In this document: positions 21,588-32,449 of the stretch, piece by piece
Position numbering within the stretch: the first letter of the stretch is position 1
Layout of the letters: each line of letters opens with the position of its first letter
From: an uncultured delta proteobacterium
Lineage (GTDB): Bacteria > Desulfobacterota > BSN033 > UBA1163
Direction: 5' to 3'
NCBI GenBank assembly: GCA_963708295.1
Contig: CAVPSJ010000008.1
Location: 288,001 to 352,000, forward strand
Length of the DNA: 64,000 nucleotides
Program-made: the position numbers and the translations under genes
The notes under the pieces: model-generated
The model's database searches: none
Told to the model about the DNA's origin: nothing
The model's input: only the letters and a program-made list of their open reading frames with translations

Positions 21588-23129
21588 ATGATCAACACCG
21601 AAAAAATTTTTAATCTTAAGAATTATTTCAAAATAGGCCTAAGGAGAAAATGGTATATCATCATTCCATTTGCTCTATCGGTGATCTTTTCTTTTGGTAT
21701 TTATAAAAATATGCCCAAGGAATATAGAGCAAGCACCCTCATCCTCGTCCAAGCTCAAAAGGTCCCAGAAAATTATGTTCGTCCTACCTTAACTGAATCT
21801 GTGGCTGAGCGGTTAAACAATATTAGCCAAGAAATTCTTAGCCGTGGCAGGTTGGAAAGGGTGATTAAAGAATTTAATCTCTATCCGGACAGGTTAAACA
21901 AATTACACATGGAAGAAATTGTAGACATGATGAAGGCAAAGATCGAGGTTAGGGTCCAGCGCCAAAATGCATTTTCAATCTCCTTTGAGGGAACAGAACC
22001 CGGAACTGTGATGCAGGTGACAAATAAATTGGCTTCGATGTTTATCGAAGAAAATCTAAGATCTAGGGAGGCACGCGTAGGAGGAACAGCCGAGTTTATT
22101 GGCAAAGAACTACAGACAATGGAGTCAAATCTGAAAAAGAGAGAGAACGCGGTCCGACAGTATAAAGAAAGAAATATGGGACAATTGCCAGGTCAACTTG
22201 AAGCAAATCTAAGAATCATTGACCGATTACAGCAACAATTCAAGACAACAAGCGAAAATCTCAACGCTGCAGAACAGAGAATTGTACTCCTCCAGGGTCA
22301 GATTGAAAAGTTAATGGACCGGCAGTCCGAAAGAGGGTCTTCCACGACGAGAAGCCTTACGCAAGATGAAAATATTCATTTAGAGCGGGGACCTGAAGAA
22401 TCATTAGCGGCACAATTAAGCGCTCTCAAGCGGGATCTCGCGAATGTTGAATCCAAATATACAGGGACTCACCCCGATGTGGTTGACCTGAAAAGAAAAA
22501 GAGCAGCTCTGGAACTCAGAGTGAAGAAACAGGCAGAAGAGCGAGAAAGACGTCTAAGAGAACTTAAAAAGCGCCACGACGAAATGATTGCTGAGGGTAA
22601 CTCACAGGCGCCTTCCCCTTTGTTAGATCCTGGTGTGGAAAGGCTGATCACCCAGTATGAAGCACAGTTTATAGACACCCAATCAGAAGCAAAGCGACTG
22701 AAAGAGGAAAGCGAAAGCTTAAAGGAACAAATTGTACTCTATCAAAGAAGAATTGAAGAAACGCCTAAGAGAGAACAAGAAATGGTTCAGCTCAATCGAG
22801 ATTACGACATTCTAAAACTTTATTATCAATCCCTTGTGGATAAGAAATTTCAGTCTCAAATGGCTGAAAATCTTGAGCGGAAGCAGCAGGGGGAGCAATT
22901 CCGGATTTTGGATCCAGCTCGTCTTCCTGAAAAACCGTTTAAGCCGAACCGCAACAACCTTTTGATCATGGGAGGTGTGCTTGGACTTGCGATCGGGTTG
23001 GGTCTAACCTGGTTGCGGGAATCCATGGACCGATCCTTTTACGAAGCGTCAGACGTGGAGACTTATTTAAAACTGCCGGTCGTGGCCACGATACTCAATC
23101 TAAACGAAGACGAGGAGAAAGCAGCCTAG
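21588..23129 (+). CDS. Polysaccharide chain-length determinant / co-polymerase (Wzc N-part, GumC type)
   Basis: LRRKW..TM, YRASTLILV, YTGTHPDV, coiled coils, FRILDPARLPEKP..TM. Confidence 0.92.
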   Translation: MINTEKIFNLKNYFKIGLRRKWYIIIPFALSVIFSFGIYKNMPKEYRASTLILVQAQKVPENYVRPTLTESVAERLNNISQEILSRGRLERVIKEFNLYPDRLNKLHMEEIVDMMKAKIEVRVQRQNAFSISFEGTEPGTVMQVTNKLASMFIEENLRSREARVGGTAEFIGKELQTMESNLKKRENAVRQYKERNMGQLPGQLEANLRIIDRLQQQFKTTSENLNAAEQRIVLLQGQIEKLMDRQSERGSSTTRSLTQDENIHLERGPEESLAAQLSALKRDLANVESKYTGTHPDVVDLKRKRAALELRVKKQAEERERRLRELKKRHDEMIAEGNSQAPSPLLDPGVERLITQYEAQFIDTQSEAKRLKEESESLKEQIVLYQRRIEETPKREQEMVQLNRDYDILKLYYQSLVDKKFQSQMAENLERKQQGEQFRILDPARLPEKPFKPNRNNLLIMGGVLGLAIGLGLTWLRESMDRSFYEASDVETYLKLPVVATILNLNEDEEKAA

Positions 23130-23139
23130 AAAAGGGAAA

Positions 23140-23263
23140 GGGGTCTAGGCGTCAAGGATTCTAGAAGTCAAGTGAAAGATTTAAAAATTTATATCATCGA
23201 AAGTTTAGTAGGCTATGCACAAAGATGCAACGACCTTTAGAAACCCTTGAACTCTTGAACCCT
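23140..23263. repeat. 8-bp-periodic imperfect inverted repeat, intergenic
   Basis: GGGTCTAG GCGTCAAG GATTCTAG AAGTCAAG ... CCCTTGAA CTCTTGAA CCC. Confidence 0.55.
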
Positions 23264-23280
23264 ATATTTTGGAATTCACT

Positions 23281-24234
23281 ATGTACGAATCTTTTTACGG
23301 CTTAAAAGAAAATCCCTTTAATGTGACTCCTAACCCCGAATATATCTATCTGGGGGAAAATCATCGGGAAGCCCTGGCGCAATTACTTTACGGGGTGAAG
23401 GAGAGAAAAGGATTTATCGTAATTACCGGGGAAGTGGGCACGGGGAAGACAACCCTGATCCACTATCTTCTCGATAAAATGAATGGGGATCACACCAAGA
23501 CAGCCCTGCTGTTTAACCCAAAGCTGACTGTTGACGATTTTATTCAATACATATTGAAAGATCTTGGGGTAAGGGTTCAGGGGAAAACGAAGGGCGAATA
23601 TCTTCATAGTCTGCATCGATATTTACTCCACGCATACCAGAGGGATGAAAGAGTGATTTTGATAGTCGATGAAGCCCAGGGTTTGAAACCGGAGCTGCTC
23701 GAAGAGATTAGGCTTCTCTCAAACCTCGAGACATCAAGATCGAAGTTGCTCCAAATCGTCTTGCTCGGGCAACCGGAATTAGATAAAACCCTTTCCCAAC
23801 CGGGGTTTCGTCAGTTAAGGCAGCGCATTAATTTACGATACCATTTGCCACCTCTTTCCGAAAAAGAGACCAAGGAGTATATCGGGAAGAGGTTGAGAAT
23901 TGCAGGCGCCAAGGAGCCCATTTTTACGGAGAAGGCGATTAAGCAAATTTACTCAAAATCGGGAGGGATCCCCCGATTAATAAACATTCTGTGTGACAAT
24001 GCATTATTAAATGGATATGCCCTAGACCAAAAAATGGTTGGTGAAAGGTCAGTCAAGGAGGTGGCTAAAGATTTGTATCTGAAGAAGAAGTCTCTCCGAA
24101 TTTGGATTTTGGTCCTGATCTCTATTTCTATTGCGCTAGGTATTCTATTTTTCATTTATTTTCAGAAAAGTGGTCATCTGTTGCCCCTGATGAGGATATT
24201 CTCAGAGGCTTTCAATACATTAAAGAAAGGTTAA
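23281..24234 (+). CDS. ExeA/GspA-like AAA ATPase (XrtA/PEP-CTERM-system-associated type)
   Basis: MYESFYGLKENPF, GEVGTGKTT, LIVDEAQ, LLGQPEL, GGIPRLIN. Confidence 0.93.
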   Translation: MYESFYGLKENPFNVTPNPEYIYLGENHREALAQLLYGVKERKGFIVITGEVGTGKTTLIHYLLDKMNGDHTKTALLFNPKLTVDDFIQYILKDLGVRVQGKTKGEYLHSLHRYLLHAYQRDERVILIVDEAQGLKPELLEEIRLLSNLETSRSKLLQIVLLGQPELDKTLSQPGFRQLRQRINLRYHLPPLSEKETKEYIGKRLRIAGAKEPIFTEKAIKQIYSKSGGIPRLINILCDNALLNGYALDQKMVGERSVKEVAKDLYLKKKSLRIWILVLISISIALGILFFIYFQKSGHLLPLMRIFSEAFNTLKKG

Positions 24235-24403
24235 ATAAAGAAGGATCAGCATTTTCTCAATTTCTTTGGGTTAGAACTTTATGTGTTACACATGGTTAAG
24301 GATGACAGGCGTGAGGATGCTGAACTGGAACACGGCGAAAGAGGCGAACTTTTCTACACCTTGCGTCTAACGCGTTCAGGAATATAAATGAAAGGATGAA
24401 CAT

Positions 24404-25246
24404 ATGAGTCGAGTCTATCGTGCCCTTGAAAAAATAGAGGAAGAAAGAAAACAGAAGCTAGAAGAACCCTCTCTTAAAGTAGTTGAGGAGAAGACTGTTC
24501 CGAGGAAGGAAGGACCCGCTTTAGAATTTCGTGAAGAGAAGATAGAGAAGTTGGGGCTCCCTCCAAAAGAAGTCGCTCCTGTTTTAATTGTTCCGCCCCA
24601 TTCTTTTGGTTCAGAAGCATTCCGGAAACTGAAGACTCAGATTTTCCTTCATCCGGGGAATTCTCCTCGTACGATTCTCGTTACGAGCGCAGCACCGCAA
24701 GAGGGGAAAACTCTGGTGGCTGTTAATTTAGCGGTGGCCATTTCAAAAGAAATTCATAGCAACGCCATCCTCGTTGATGGAGACCTCCGAAGGCCGGGGA
24801 TTCATCTTGAGAAAACTCATAGCACCAGGGGCCTCTCAAATTATCTTTCGGATGGGGTTCCCTTATCAGAGATTTTGTTAAATTCTGAGATAGAAAAACT
24901 TCGAATCATTCTGGCAGGTGCTTCGACCCGTAAGTCCTCCGAGCTCATCAGATCAAGAAAAATGGGAGAGCTTCTACAAACCCTAAGAGAATATGGAGAT
25001 AACACCTATATTGTGATCGATTCCCCGCCTATTATGGCAACACCCGATCCAACCTTACTCTCTAAAATGGTAGATGGAATCGTCCTGGTGATAAGGGCCG
25101 GGTATACGTCCAGGGAATCCGTACAAAGCGCAATCAAGTCCATCGATCGCGAGAAGATTATCGGAGTGGTTTTTAACCAAATAAATATTAAGCCATCCAC
25201 TTATTCTTCTGAGTATTATCGATATTATCAATACTATAGGAAATAA
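24404..25246 (+). CDS. CpsD/CapB-family BY-kinase (Wzc C-part)
   Basis: EAFRKLKT, PQEGKT, LVDGDLRRP, IDSPP, Tyr-rich tail YYRYYQYY. Confidence 0.95.
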   Translation: MSRVYRALEKIEEERKQKLEEPSLKVVEEKTVPRKEGPALEFREEKIEKLGLPPKEVAPVLIVPPHSFGSEAFRKLKTQIFLHPGNSPRTILVTSAAPQEGKTLVAVNLAVAISKEIHSNAILVDGDLRRPGIHLEKTHSTRGLSNYLSDGVPLSEILLNSEIEKLRIILAGASTRKSSELIRSRKMGELLQTLREYGDNTYIVIDSPPIMATPDPTLLSKMVDGIVLVIRAGYTSRESVQSAIKSIDREKIIGVVFNQINIKPSTYSSEYYRYYQYYRK

Positions 25247-25412
25247 AGTTTAATAGTATTGGAAAAGCATTATTTAGGAAAGCAGGAGTAAGAGCAATGG
25301 ATCCATTAACGTAAAATTGGAGGTTTTGTCCGAAACTCGGGAATAATAAAATCAGCGCTGCAGCACAACATTAACTTGTCAACTCAATAGCATTATAAGG
25401 GGTGGTTTTAAT

Positions 25413-25912
25413 ATGAATCTCTGGTATGTCATCCAAACAAAACCTAAGAAAGAAGAAGAGGCGAAGTCTTATCTCTCGACAAAGGGAGTAGAGAGTCTTT
25501 AACCCCCTGATGGAAACCTTTCTGTTGAAGAAACGGAAAGATGAACAGAGAATTGAAGCCCTTTTTCCCAGGTTACATTTTCGGAAAGTTCGATCTGGAG
25601 CAAAATTATCCTCTGGTCAGGTGGGCAAAAGGAGTTAAAAAAGTTTTGGGTTTTGGGGAGTATCCCACACCCATCTCTGATGAAGTGGTGGAGATCATTA
25701 GAGAGAGAACCGATACTCACGGGATTGTGAGATTAAAGCATCATTTTCAAGCCAATGACGTGATCAGGATTAAGACAGGCCCATTAAAGGACCTTTTAGG
25801 TATCTTTGAAAGATGGATTTCCGATAGCGAGCGGGTAAGAATCCTTTTAAACCTGATGGGCTATCAGCCGGTTGTAGAGATTCATTATTCGATGATAGAA
25901 AAAGTGGCTTGA
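25413..25912 (+). CDS. rfaH: RfaH/NusG-paralog antiterminator (two apparent +1 frameshifts, ~25493 and ~25528)
   Basis: ATG 25413 gives MNLWYVIQTKPKKEEEA. It continues as PFFPGYIF..KOW (IRIKTGPLKD..ERVRILL) in track ORF 25541..25912. Confidence 0.85.
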
Positions 25913-26078
25913 CGAAGTGCTGCCGTGCCTGGCGGCCAGAGCAGCGCTGCCGTCACTGGCTATCCAGCGGCAGCGGTGCACCACAGCAGAACTTGTTTCT
26001 TTAACCCACATTGAGATTGATGTGGCACACACTTATTTCAATAAAGCGATTTCAGCAGAATCTACCCAAATTCGAACC

Positions 26079-26090
26079 GGCGGTAGCCTA
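26079..26090 (+). promoter_or_regulatory. ops-like element
   Basis: GGCGGTAGCCTA matches the ops core GGCGGTAG and lies downstream of the rfaH-like gene. Confidence 0.6.
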
Positions 26091-26182
26091 TCTTTCTCTC
26101 ATCCCATACGCATAAAGTTGTACCGTGAATCGCCAGAATTGATTTCAAACCCTAGGAATGGCGGGGCTCCGACCGCCCATCA

Positions 26183-26194
26183 GGCGGTAGCAGG
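26183..26194 (+). promoter_or_regulatory. Second ops-like element
   Basis: GGCGGTAGCAGG, directly after the hairpin ATGGCGG..CCGCCCAT. Confidence 0.55.
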
Positions 26195-26520
26195 TTCGTT
26201 TCGTCTGGAACAAGGCCATTCGGTCTGCGACTTGGACTTCGATGTTATCTAGGAGGTGGGTCATCCCATGATTATCAAATCTTGTTTGCCCTGAGAGTTT
26301 CATGAGATAAAAAAGGATGGAAAAGAAGAGACGAGTCACTGCCGGAGGGAAAATTGTTGGGCTCGATATTCCAAGTGTGTCCTTGTAAAGGCTCTCGAAA
26401 AGTTCTTGAAAGAAGAATCCTCCCGACAGGATCGCCCCTTCTCCGCCTCGCATCTCTGATCGCCTAAACCCATCCATCCTTGATCCCACAGGTCTATTTT
26501 ATTAAACGAAGGAGTGAACT

Positions 26521-28158
26521 ATGCCCCAGTATTCTATCAGTCCAACCGGAGAAAAATTTGAATTACCAGGTCAAGAAGAAAATTCAAAGGAGCTCGAACG
26601 TTTGAGGGAGGTTGTAAACAACCAACGTGCCTTCGGGCGGGAGATTGTTTTGGTGATGGGATTGGGGTTTGTCGGGGTGGTCATGGCGGCAGTGATTGCG
26701 GACGCCACAGATGAAACAGGTCATCCTACAAAATTCGTTATTGGGATGCAGAGACCGAGCACTCGAAGTTTCTGGAAAATTCCGCTCCTCAATCGTGGGA
26801 TTTCACCCGTAAGCTCAGAAGATCCTGAAGTTCCATTGTTGATCAACCGCTGTGTCAACGAGAAAAAGACGCTCATCGCTACCTTTACCTATGATGCGCT
26901 TAAGCTTGCAGATGTTGTCGTGGTGGATGTCCAGTGCGACTACTTTAAAGAATCACTTGGAAATGTGAGAGACGGCCGGGCTGACATGGATGCTTTAGAA
27001 GAATCTCTGGAGATCATAGGCCAACATATCGGTCCAGAGACATTGGTTTTAATCGAGACAACGGTGGCCCCGGGGACAACGGAACAGATAGCCTACCCGA
27101 TCATAAAAAAAATGTTTCGGAAACGGGGTATTCAAACGGACCCACTTCTGGCTCACAGTTTTGAAAGGGTCATGCCCGGCAGAAATTATGTGTCGAGTAT
27201 CCGTGATTTCTGGAGGGTATGTAGCGGCGTTAATGAAGAAGCTACCTCAAAAGTTGTTAAGTTCTTGAAAGAAGTAATCAATACTGAAAAGTATCCGCTG
27301 ACTGTACTTGATCGGCCTATTGAATCCGAGACAACGAAAATCGTTGAAAACAGTTTCAGAGCTGCCATTCTCGCCTTTCTTGACGAATGGAGCATTTTTG
27401 CAGAGCAAAATGGGGTTGACCTCATCAAGGTCATCAATGCAATTAAGGTCCGGCCCACGCATAGCAATATCATATTTCCGGGGCCAGGTATTGGTGGCTA
27501 CTGTCTTCCAAAAGATGGCGGTCTGGGTCTGTGGGCATATCGCCATATCCATGGTTTTGAGGATGATATTTTCAAAATTACACCGCTTGCAATAAATATT
27601 AATGATACCCGGTCGCTTCATGTGGCTCAACTGACTCGGGATGCTTTACGGAATATGGGGCGACCGATTGCCTCTGCAGAGATTCTGGTTCTTGGAGCTT
27701 CGTACAGGGAGGATGTTGGAGATTCCCGATATAGTGGCTCTGAATTGATCGTGCGACGGCTAACAGAAATGGGAGCAGAATTAAGGGTCCACGATCCTTA
27801 CGTGCTTCACTGGTGGGAGTTTGAGAAACAGGATGAGTATCCGGCGTCTTCACATAGTTTGAAAAGATTTTTCCGCGGTCAGGAAAGACTGAAGGATCTC
27901 CGGGTTGAGCAAAGTCTTGAGAAAGCACTACATGGGACAGATGCGGTCATTCTTGCGGTAAGGCATAAACATTACTTGAACCTTGATCCGGACGAAGTCG
28001 TGAAAAGTGCCGGCGGGCCGATAGCCGTGATTGACTGTTTCGGTATCCTCGACGACGCAAGGATAAAACGCTACTTCGAACTCGGGTGTGAGGTGAAGGG
28101 ATTAGGGCGAGGCCACGTGAAAAGAATCAAGGATCAGGTGCGAGAAGCAAAAGCGTAA
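26521..28158 (+). CDS. UDP-glucose/GDP-mannose dehydrogenase family nucleotide-sugar dehydrogenase
   Basis: GLGFVG, ETTVAPGTTE, ERVMPG, KIVENSFR, GPGIGGYCLPKD. Confidence 0.93.
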   Translation: MPQYSISPTGEKFELPGQEENSKELERLREVVNNQRAFGREIVLVMGLGFVGVVMAAVIADATDETGHPTKFVIGMQRPSTRSFWKIPLLNRGISPVSSEDPEVPLLINRCVNEKKTLIATFTYDALKLADVVVVDVQCDYFKESLGNVRDGRADMDALEESLEIIGQHIGPETLVLIETTVAPGTTEQIAYPIIKKMFRKRGIQTDPLLAHSFERVMPGRNYVSSIRDFWRVCSGVNEEATSKVVKFLKEVINTEKYPLTVLDRPIESETTKIVENSFRAAILAFLDEWSIFAEQNGVDLIKVINAIKVRPTHSNIIFPGPGIGGYCLPKDGGLGLWAYRHIHGFEDDIFKITPLAININDTRSLHVAQLTRDALRNMGRPIASAEILVLGASYREDVGDSRYSGSELIVRRLTEMGAELRVHDPYVLHWWEFEKQDEYPASSHSLKRFFRGQERLKDLRVEQSLEKALHGTDAVILAVRHKHYLNLDPDEVVKSAGGPIAVIDCFGILDDARIKRYFELGCEVKGLGRGHVKRIKDQVREAKA

Positions 28159-28417
28159 CTTCTTCTCAACATACCCTTGCAATTTGCAGAAGATAAAATG
28201 TGAAGTTTTTTACTGTCAGGAGGGCTTTTGGTTCTTGGTCTGGAGGAGGCATGGCAGTAAGGATAAGCGATATGGATGATACCTTGAAAAATGAGTGTGC
28301 ACGATCGGATGGTCTCCCGCTCATAAGAAAAGCATACGATGAAGCCCTTGATGGGATTGTCGCTTCCTGTAATTAACAGTGCGATTAACAGCAATCCAAA
28401 AAGATAGAGAAATATTG

Positions 28418-30495
28418 ATGAAAAGGCTCTTACGGATATTTTTATGTGTCATCCTCCCTTGCAGCCTTTCCTATGCGAAGAATACAGTAAATATACAATC
28501 TTATATCCTTCGGAATAGGGTAGTCGTATTGGATCAGGTCTTAATGAAAAAAGCTCTCTATGTCTCTTTCTCATTCAGTGGGAGTATAAAACAACATGAA
28601 GATCTGAGTGTTCATGGACTTCTTCTAAACGGTGATAAGATCGTCTCTGAAACCTCTCTGAAGGCTTTTAGTGAAAATAACGGTAACCTCGTTTTTGACC
28701 TTCCTTATCAGATATCCGATGGTGAGTACACGATAAAAATTGACGTTCTTACTAACAAGGGAAGTTTAGCGGGGACAGGATCTGTCGCTGTTAAAAGGTC
28801 TGCCTTAAAGAGTTACTTTTATCCGGAAAGTGAGGTTTCTGCTCGCGCTCTTGAAGAAATCCCCGTTAATGAAGGACTTGAAGAAGTCAGGCCGACGATC
28901 CATGATAAATCCGTAGGCTATATGATCTTTTCTCGATCTCCCCTCGAGTATGTTTTTCCTGGGAGGAAACCTAAAAAGTCCGAGATTATTGAGCATGTTA
29001 TGATCAGAGTCGTTCGTAATGAATTTGAACCGTTTACCTTTTCGCTTTATCCTCTTCAAGACCTGGGGACGGTCAAAATATCGGTAACCGATTTAAAGAG
29101 TGCTAAAGAGATCATCTCTAAAAACAAAATAAGGGTTGCTTCCGTTGAAAGGGTACAGGAGACCATTGGATTGCCAGAAGGAAGATTCCTAGATTTGCCA
29201 ACTCTAATCCGGCCGGGAAATCAGGTAAAAGTTGAGAGCGGTAAGTGCCAAAGATTTTGGCTGACCATCAGAATCGACGATAACGTTTTGCCCGGAGCTA
29301 TATAAGGGTAGAATAACGATATTCCCTCAGCATGGATTAGAAACATCGCTTCCTCTCGAAGTAACAGTGTTCGCCCATCTCTCTTGAGGACATTCCAGGG
29401 ATCGATTATTTTATGTTAATGACGTACGAGTTTACAGAATTGACGATGCCTTGGAGTAGTGAAGAGAAAGAGAAAATCTATAGATCAGCTTGTCACATTC
29501 TCGAGGATTACAAAGAGCACGGGATGACCACCCTTTGTTTGCATTCACCTTTTGTACTCATCACAAAGGAAGATGGCACGCCTAACCTTGAGGATATCTT
29601 TGCTGCTTTAAGAGCGGCAAAAGAAATTGGGTTTAAGGCACGGATTATATGGTATATGGGGCATCTTATTCAAACATCTAAGCCTAAACATCCGGGGAAC
29701 ATCATAAGTTTTGATAAGGGGGTTCATTTGTCGCGGCTAAAATATATCGTGGAAACCGTATCTCGGTATGCGAAGGAGCATGGTTGTCCTGAAGTTATTT
29801 TTTTGCCGATTGATGAACCGGGTGATTCGTATCAGGACTTTCAGGATAAGCGCCGGGCCATCACAGCGGTTTTGCTCAAAGCAATAAAAGACTTAGGTGC
29901 CAAAACTATGCTTACGAGCGGTGACCATAAACAATTTAGACCTGTTGATTATTTATGCTCTGGCAAAATGAATAAACAAGATTTAGATGAGGCACATAAA
30001 AGCGGTTCTGTTTACTGGTTATATAATAACGACGTGACTACAAAATGCCTCAGTCCAGCTTATGCCAGATACATTTATGGCTATTACACCTGGATGAATC
30101 ATGTGGATGGGATATCGTCCTGGACGTTCCAGAATACCCAGAATGCAAGGGGCCTGCCGGGACAGGCTGATGTTCATGGCAGCGATATCTATCTTGCGTA
30201 CCCAGATCCGAACGGTCCCATCGCTACTCTTAGATGGGAAGCGATGAGGGAGGGGATAGATGATCATAAGCTTTTATATCAATTGGTGAAACGGATAAAA
30301 AAGCTGGAAGAAAAAGGAATCGATACATCCAAATATAAGGAATTTCTTTTGGGAATCGAGAACAAAGAGGGGACACCTGGCTGCCAAGAAAGAGACGATG
30401 ACAAGTGGACTCCAACATTTTTCGAAGAAAGCAGGGATCATTTAATCTCAATGATTTTAGATGCAATGGCAAAATTAGACCGTTCCCAATCTTGA
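28418..30495 (+). CDS. Secreted glycoside-hydrolase-like protein (GH123/DUF4091-like), two apparent frameshifts at ~29300 and ~29372
   Basis: Signal peptide, RNEFEPFTF, QRFWLTI, DEP, and C-terminal ATLRWEAMREGIDD. Track ORFs 28379..29305 and 29413..30495 join through a short third-frame segment. Confidence 0.65.
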
Positions 30496-30542
30496 CCTGA
30501 CAATCGTCATATTTTTGCGTATATGTCTTGAAGGAGATTTCT

Positions 30543-30815
30543 ATGGAACTTAATGAAATTAAAGAAATTACAAGAAAAATAGTTGTCGAAATCATTGCAT
30601 CAAATAGCGAAACCGATGAGATACCAGCAAAATTTGGTGATGATGATTCCTTAATTGATGGGGGTCTTATAGATTCTATTAGTTCAGTTCAATTGATCGA
30701 GGAATGCGTACTGAACTTCGGCGTCCTCATCCACCCCGCTGAACTTTCATTAGAAAATTTTGATACCATCAATAGAATTTGTGAGTTTATTCAATCAAAA
30801 TTGGAAGAAAACTAA
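30543..30815 (+). CDS. Stand-alone acyl/peptidyl carrier protein (DltC/VinL-like)
   Basis: Acidic 90 aa, phosphopantetheine site GLIDSISS, ENFDTI. Confidence 0.9.
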   Translation: MELNEIKEITRKIVVEIIASNSETDEIPAKFGDDDSLIDGGLIDSISSVQLIEECVLNFGVLIHPAELSLENFDTINRICEFIQSKLEEN

Positions 30816-30817
30816 CC

Positions 30818-32449
30818 ATGGAGCTAATTCGAGAGATCAGTCAAGTTTTTTCTCAACATAAGGGAAGAGCGGCAATTTCCCGTTACACTCCTCCGAATTC
30901 GTCGATGACTTTAACCTACGGTCAACTAGGGGAAAGAGTTGGAGAATTAGCCCAGTTCTTGCTGGAGCAGGGGATGCAGCCGGGTGACTTGGTTATGAGC
31001 TATATGACGAAGTCACTTGAACTGGTAGTATCAATATTGGCTATCATGTTAAACGGGGGTGTGTGTAGTTCCTTTTACTCCAAACAAAATCCTCAGTATC
31101 CACTGAAGCTGCTTTCAATTGCGTATCCGAGATTTCTTCTGTTGGATGAGAGCACATTAAGAAATATGAAGAAATCAATGAAAATAACTGGGTCAGAGAA
31201 CCGGTATCCTGTATATATGAAATATTCTGAATTCGAGGGGACAGCATTCGCGCAAGATCATCCTGGGAAGGCAATTTATATTTTGAGTGATCCAGCAAGC
31301 AAGAATGACGGCGGGAATGAAGTGCCAGCGATTGATCATCGTTTGAACGAGGCCGCTTGGTGTCTGTTCACATCAGGTTCGACAGGTGTCCCGAAGGGTG
31401 TTCTTATATCGAGAGAAGATCTGTTGCGAAGGGCTATGACAGAGCGTGAGGATTATGAATTAACGGATCAAGACAATCTGTTAAGCTTGCTTCCCTTTTC
31501 ATTCGATGTGGGCTTAAATCAACTCCTGTCGTGCATTTTATCCGGAGGCCATCTTGTGATTTTGAATTCATGGTTTCCAAAAGATATTTTAACAACGATT
31601 AGATCTCAAAGCATTACTGGAATTTCAGGCGTTCCATCCATATGGGCTGATGCAATCACCTATCCGAAAGAACCCGATTTTGAGCAAAACATTCGAACTT
31701 TAAAGTACATAACTGTTTCGGGAGGAGATCTTGCGAAAAATCAATTAGTGCGGCTAAGACAATACTTTGAAAATGTGAGGATATTTAAGACTTACGGACA
31801 GACCGAGACTTTTAGAAGCAGCATACTCAGGCCTTCCGATTTTGAAGGGAAGATGACCTCCGTTGGCCGTGCTGTCAAAGGAACGGAGGTGTTTATCCAA
31901 AACGACAAGGGCGAAGTCAATCCTCCAAACATTGAGGGAGAGATTGTTCATCATGGCGTTGGGACAATGCTCGGGTATATTAATGATTTGGAAGGAACTA
32001 ACGGAAAGCTGCGAGAGATTGTGAAACCAGTGAGGGGAACTGTGAAGGAGGGGAAATCGGTATTTACGGGTGACCGGGGGAGAATGGATGAAGAAGGGTA
32101 TCTCTACGTGTTGGGCCGTGAAGATGGAATGATAAAAACCTTAGGACACCGGGTTTATCCAAAGGAAATAGAAGGCTGTATACTGGAGCACAAGCATGTG
32201 AAGAATGCTGCCGTTGTCGGAATCATAGACGAACGGAAGGGACAAGCTATTATCGCAGAGGTTGTTGCCAATGAAGTCTTGGATAAGCCCAGCTTAATTG
32301 GGTTCTTAAGGGAACGATTACCATACTACATGATTCCCAGCGAAATCAACTTCGTGGAACGCTTACCGATGACAGAAAATGGAAAGATAAAGTACACAAC
32401 CATTAAGGAAAAATATGAGGAAAGAAGATTTCTACAAAGTCATTCCTAA
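30818..32449 (+). CDS. Adenylation enzyme 1 (AMP-binding; exosortase-A-associated acyl-CoA ligase / VinN-like)
   Basis: FTSGSTGVPKG, LPFSFDVGLNQ, YGQTE, TGD, PMTENGK. Confidence 0.88.
   Translation: MELIREISQVFSQHKGRAAISRYTPPNSSMTLTYGQLGERVGELAQFLLEQGMQPGDLVMSYMTKSLELVVSILAIMLNGGVCSSFYSKQNPQYPLKLLSIAYPRFLLLDESTLRNMKKSMKITGSENRYPVYMKYSEFEGTAFAQDHPGKAIYILSDPASKNDGGNEVPAIDHRLNEAAWCLFTSGSTGVPKGVLISREDLLRRAMTEREDYELTDQDNLLSLLPFSFDVGLNQLLSCILSGGHLVILNSWFPKDILTTIRSQSITGISGVPSIWADAITYPKEPDFEQNIRTLKYITVSGGDLAKNQLVRLRQYFENVRIFKTYGQTETFRSSILRPSDFEGKMTSVGRAVKGTEVFIQNDKGEVNPPNIEGEIVHHGVGTMLGYINDLEGTNGKLREIVKPVRGTVKEGKSVFTGDRGRMDEEGYLYVLGREDGMIKTLGHRVYPKEIEGCILEHKHVKNAAVVGIIDERKGQAIIAEVVANEVLDKPSLIGFLRERLPYYMIPSEINFVERLPMTENGKIKYTTIKEKYEERRFLQSHS

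Noticed and set aside
25917-26489. Track ORFs of 111 and 114 aa after rfaH
   Set aside because: No RBS or recognisable domain. The region is better explained as a structured leader with ops-like sites.
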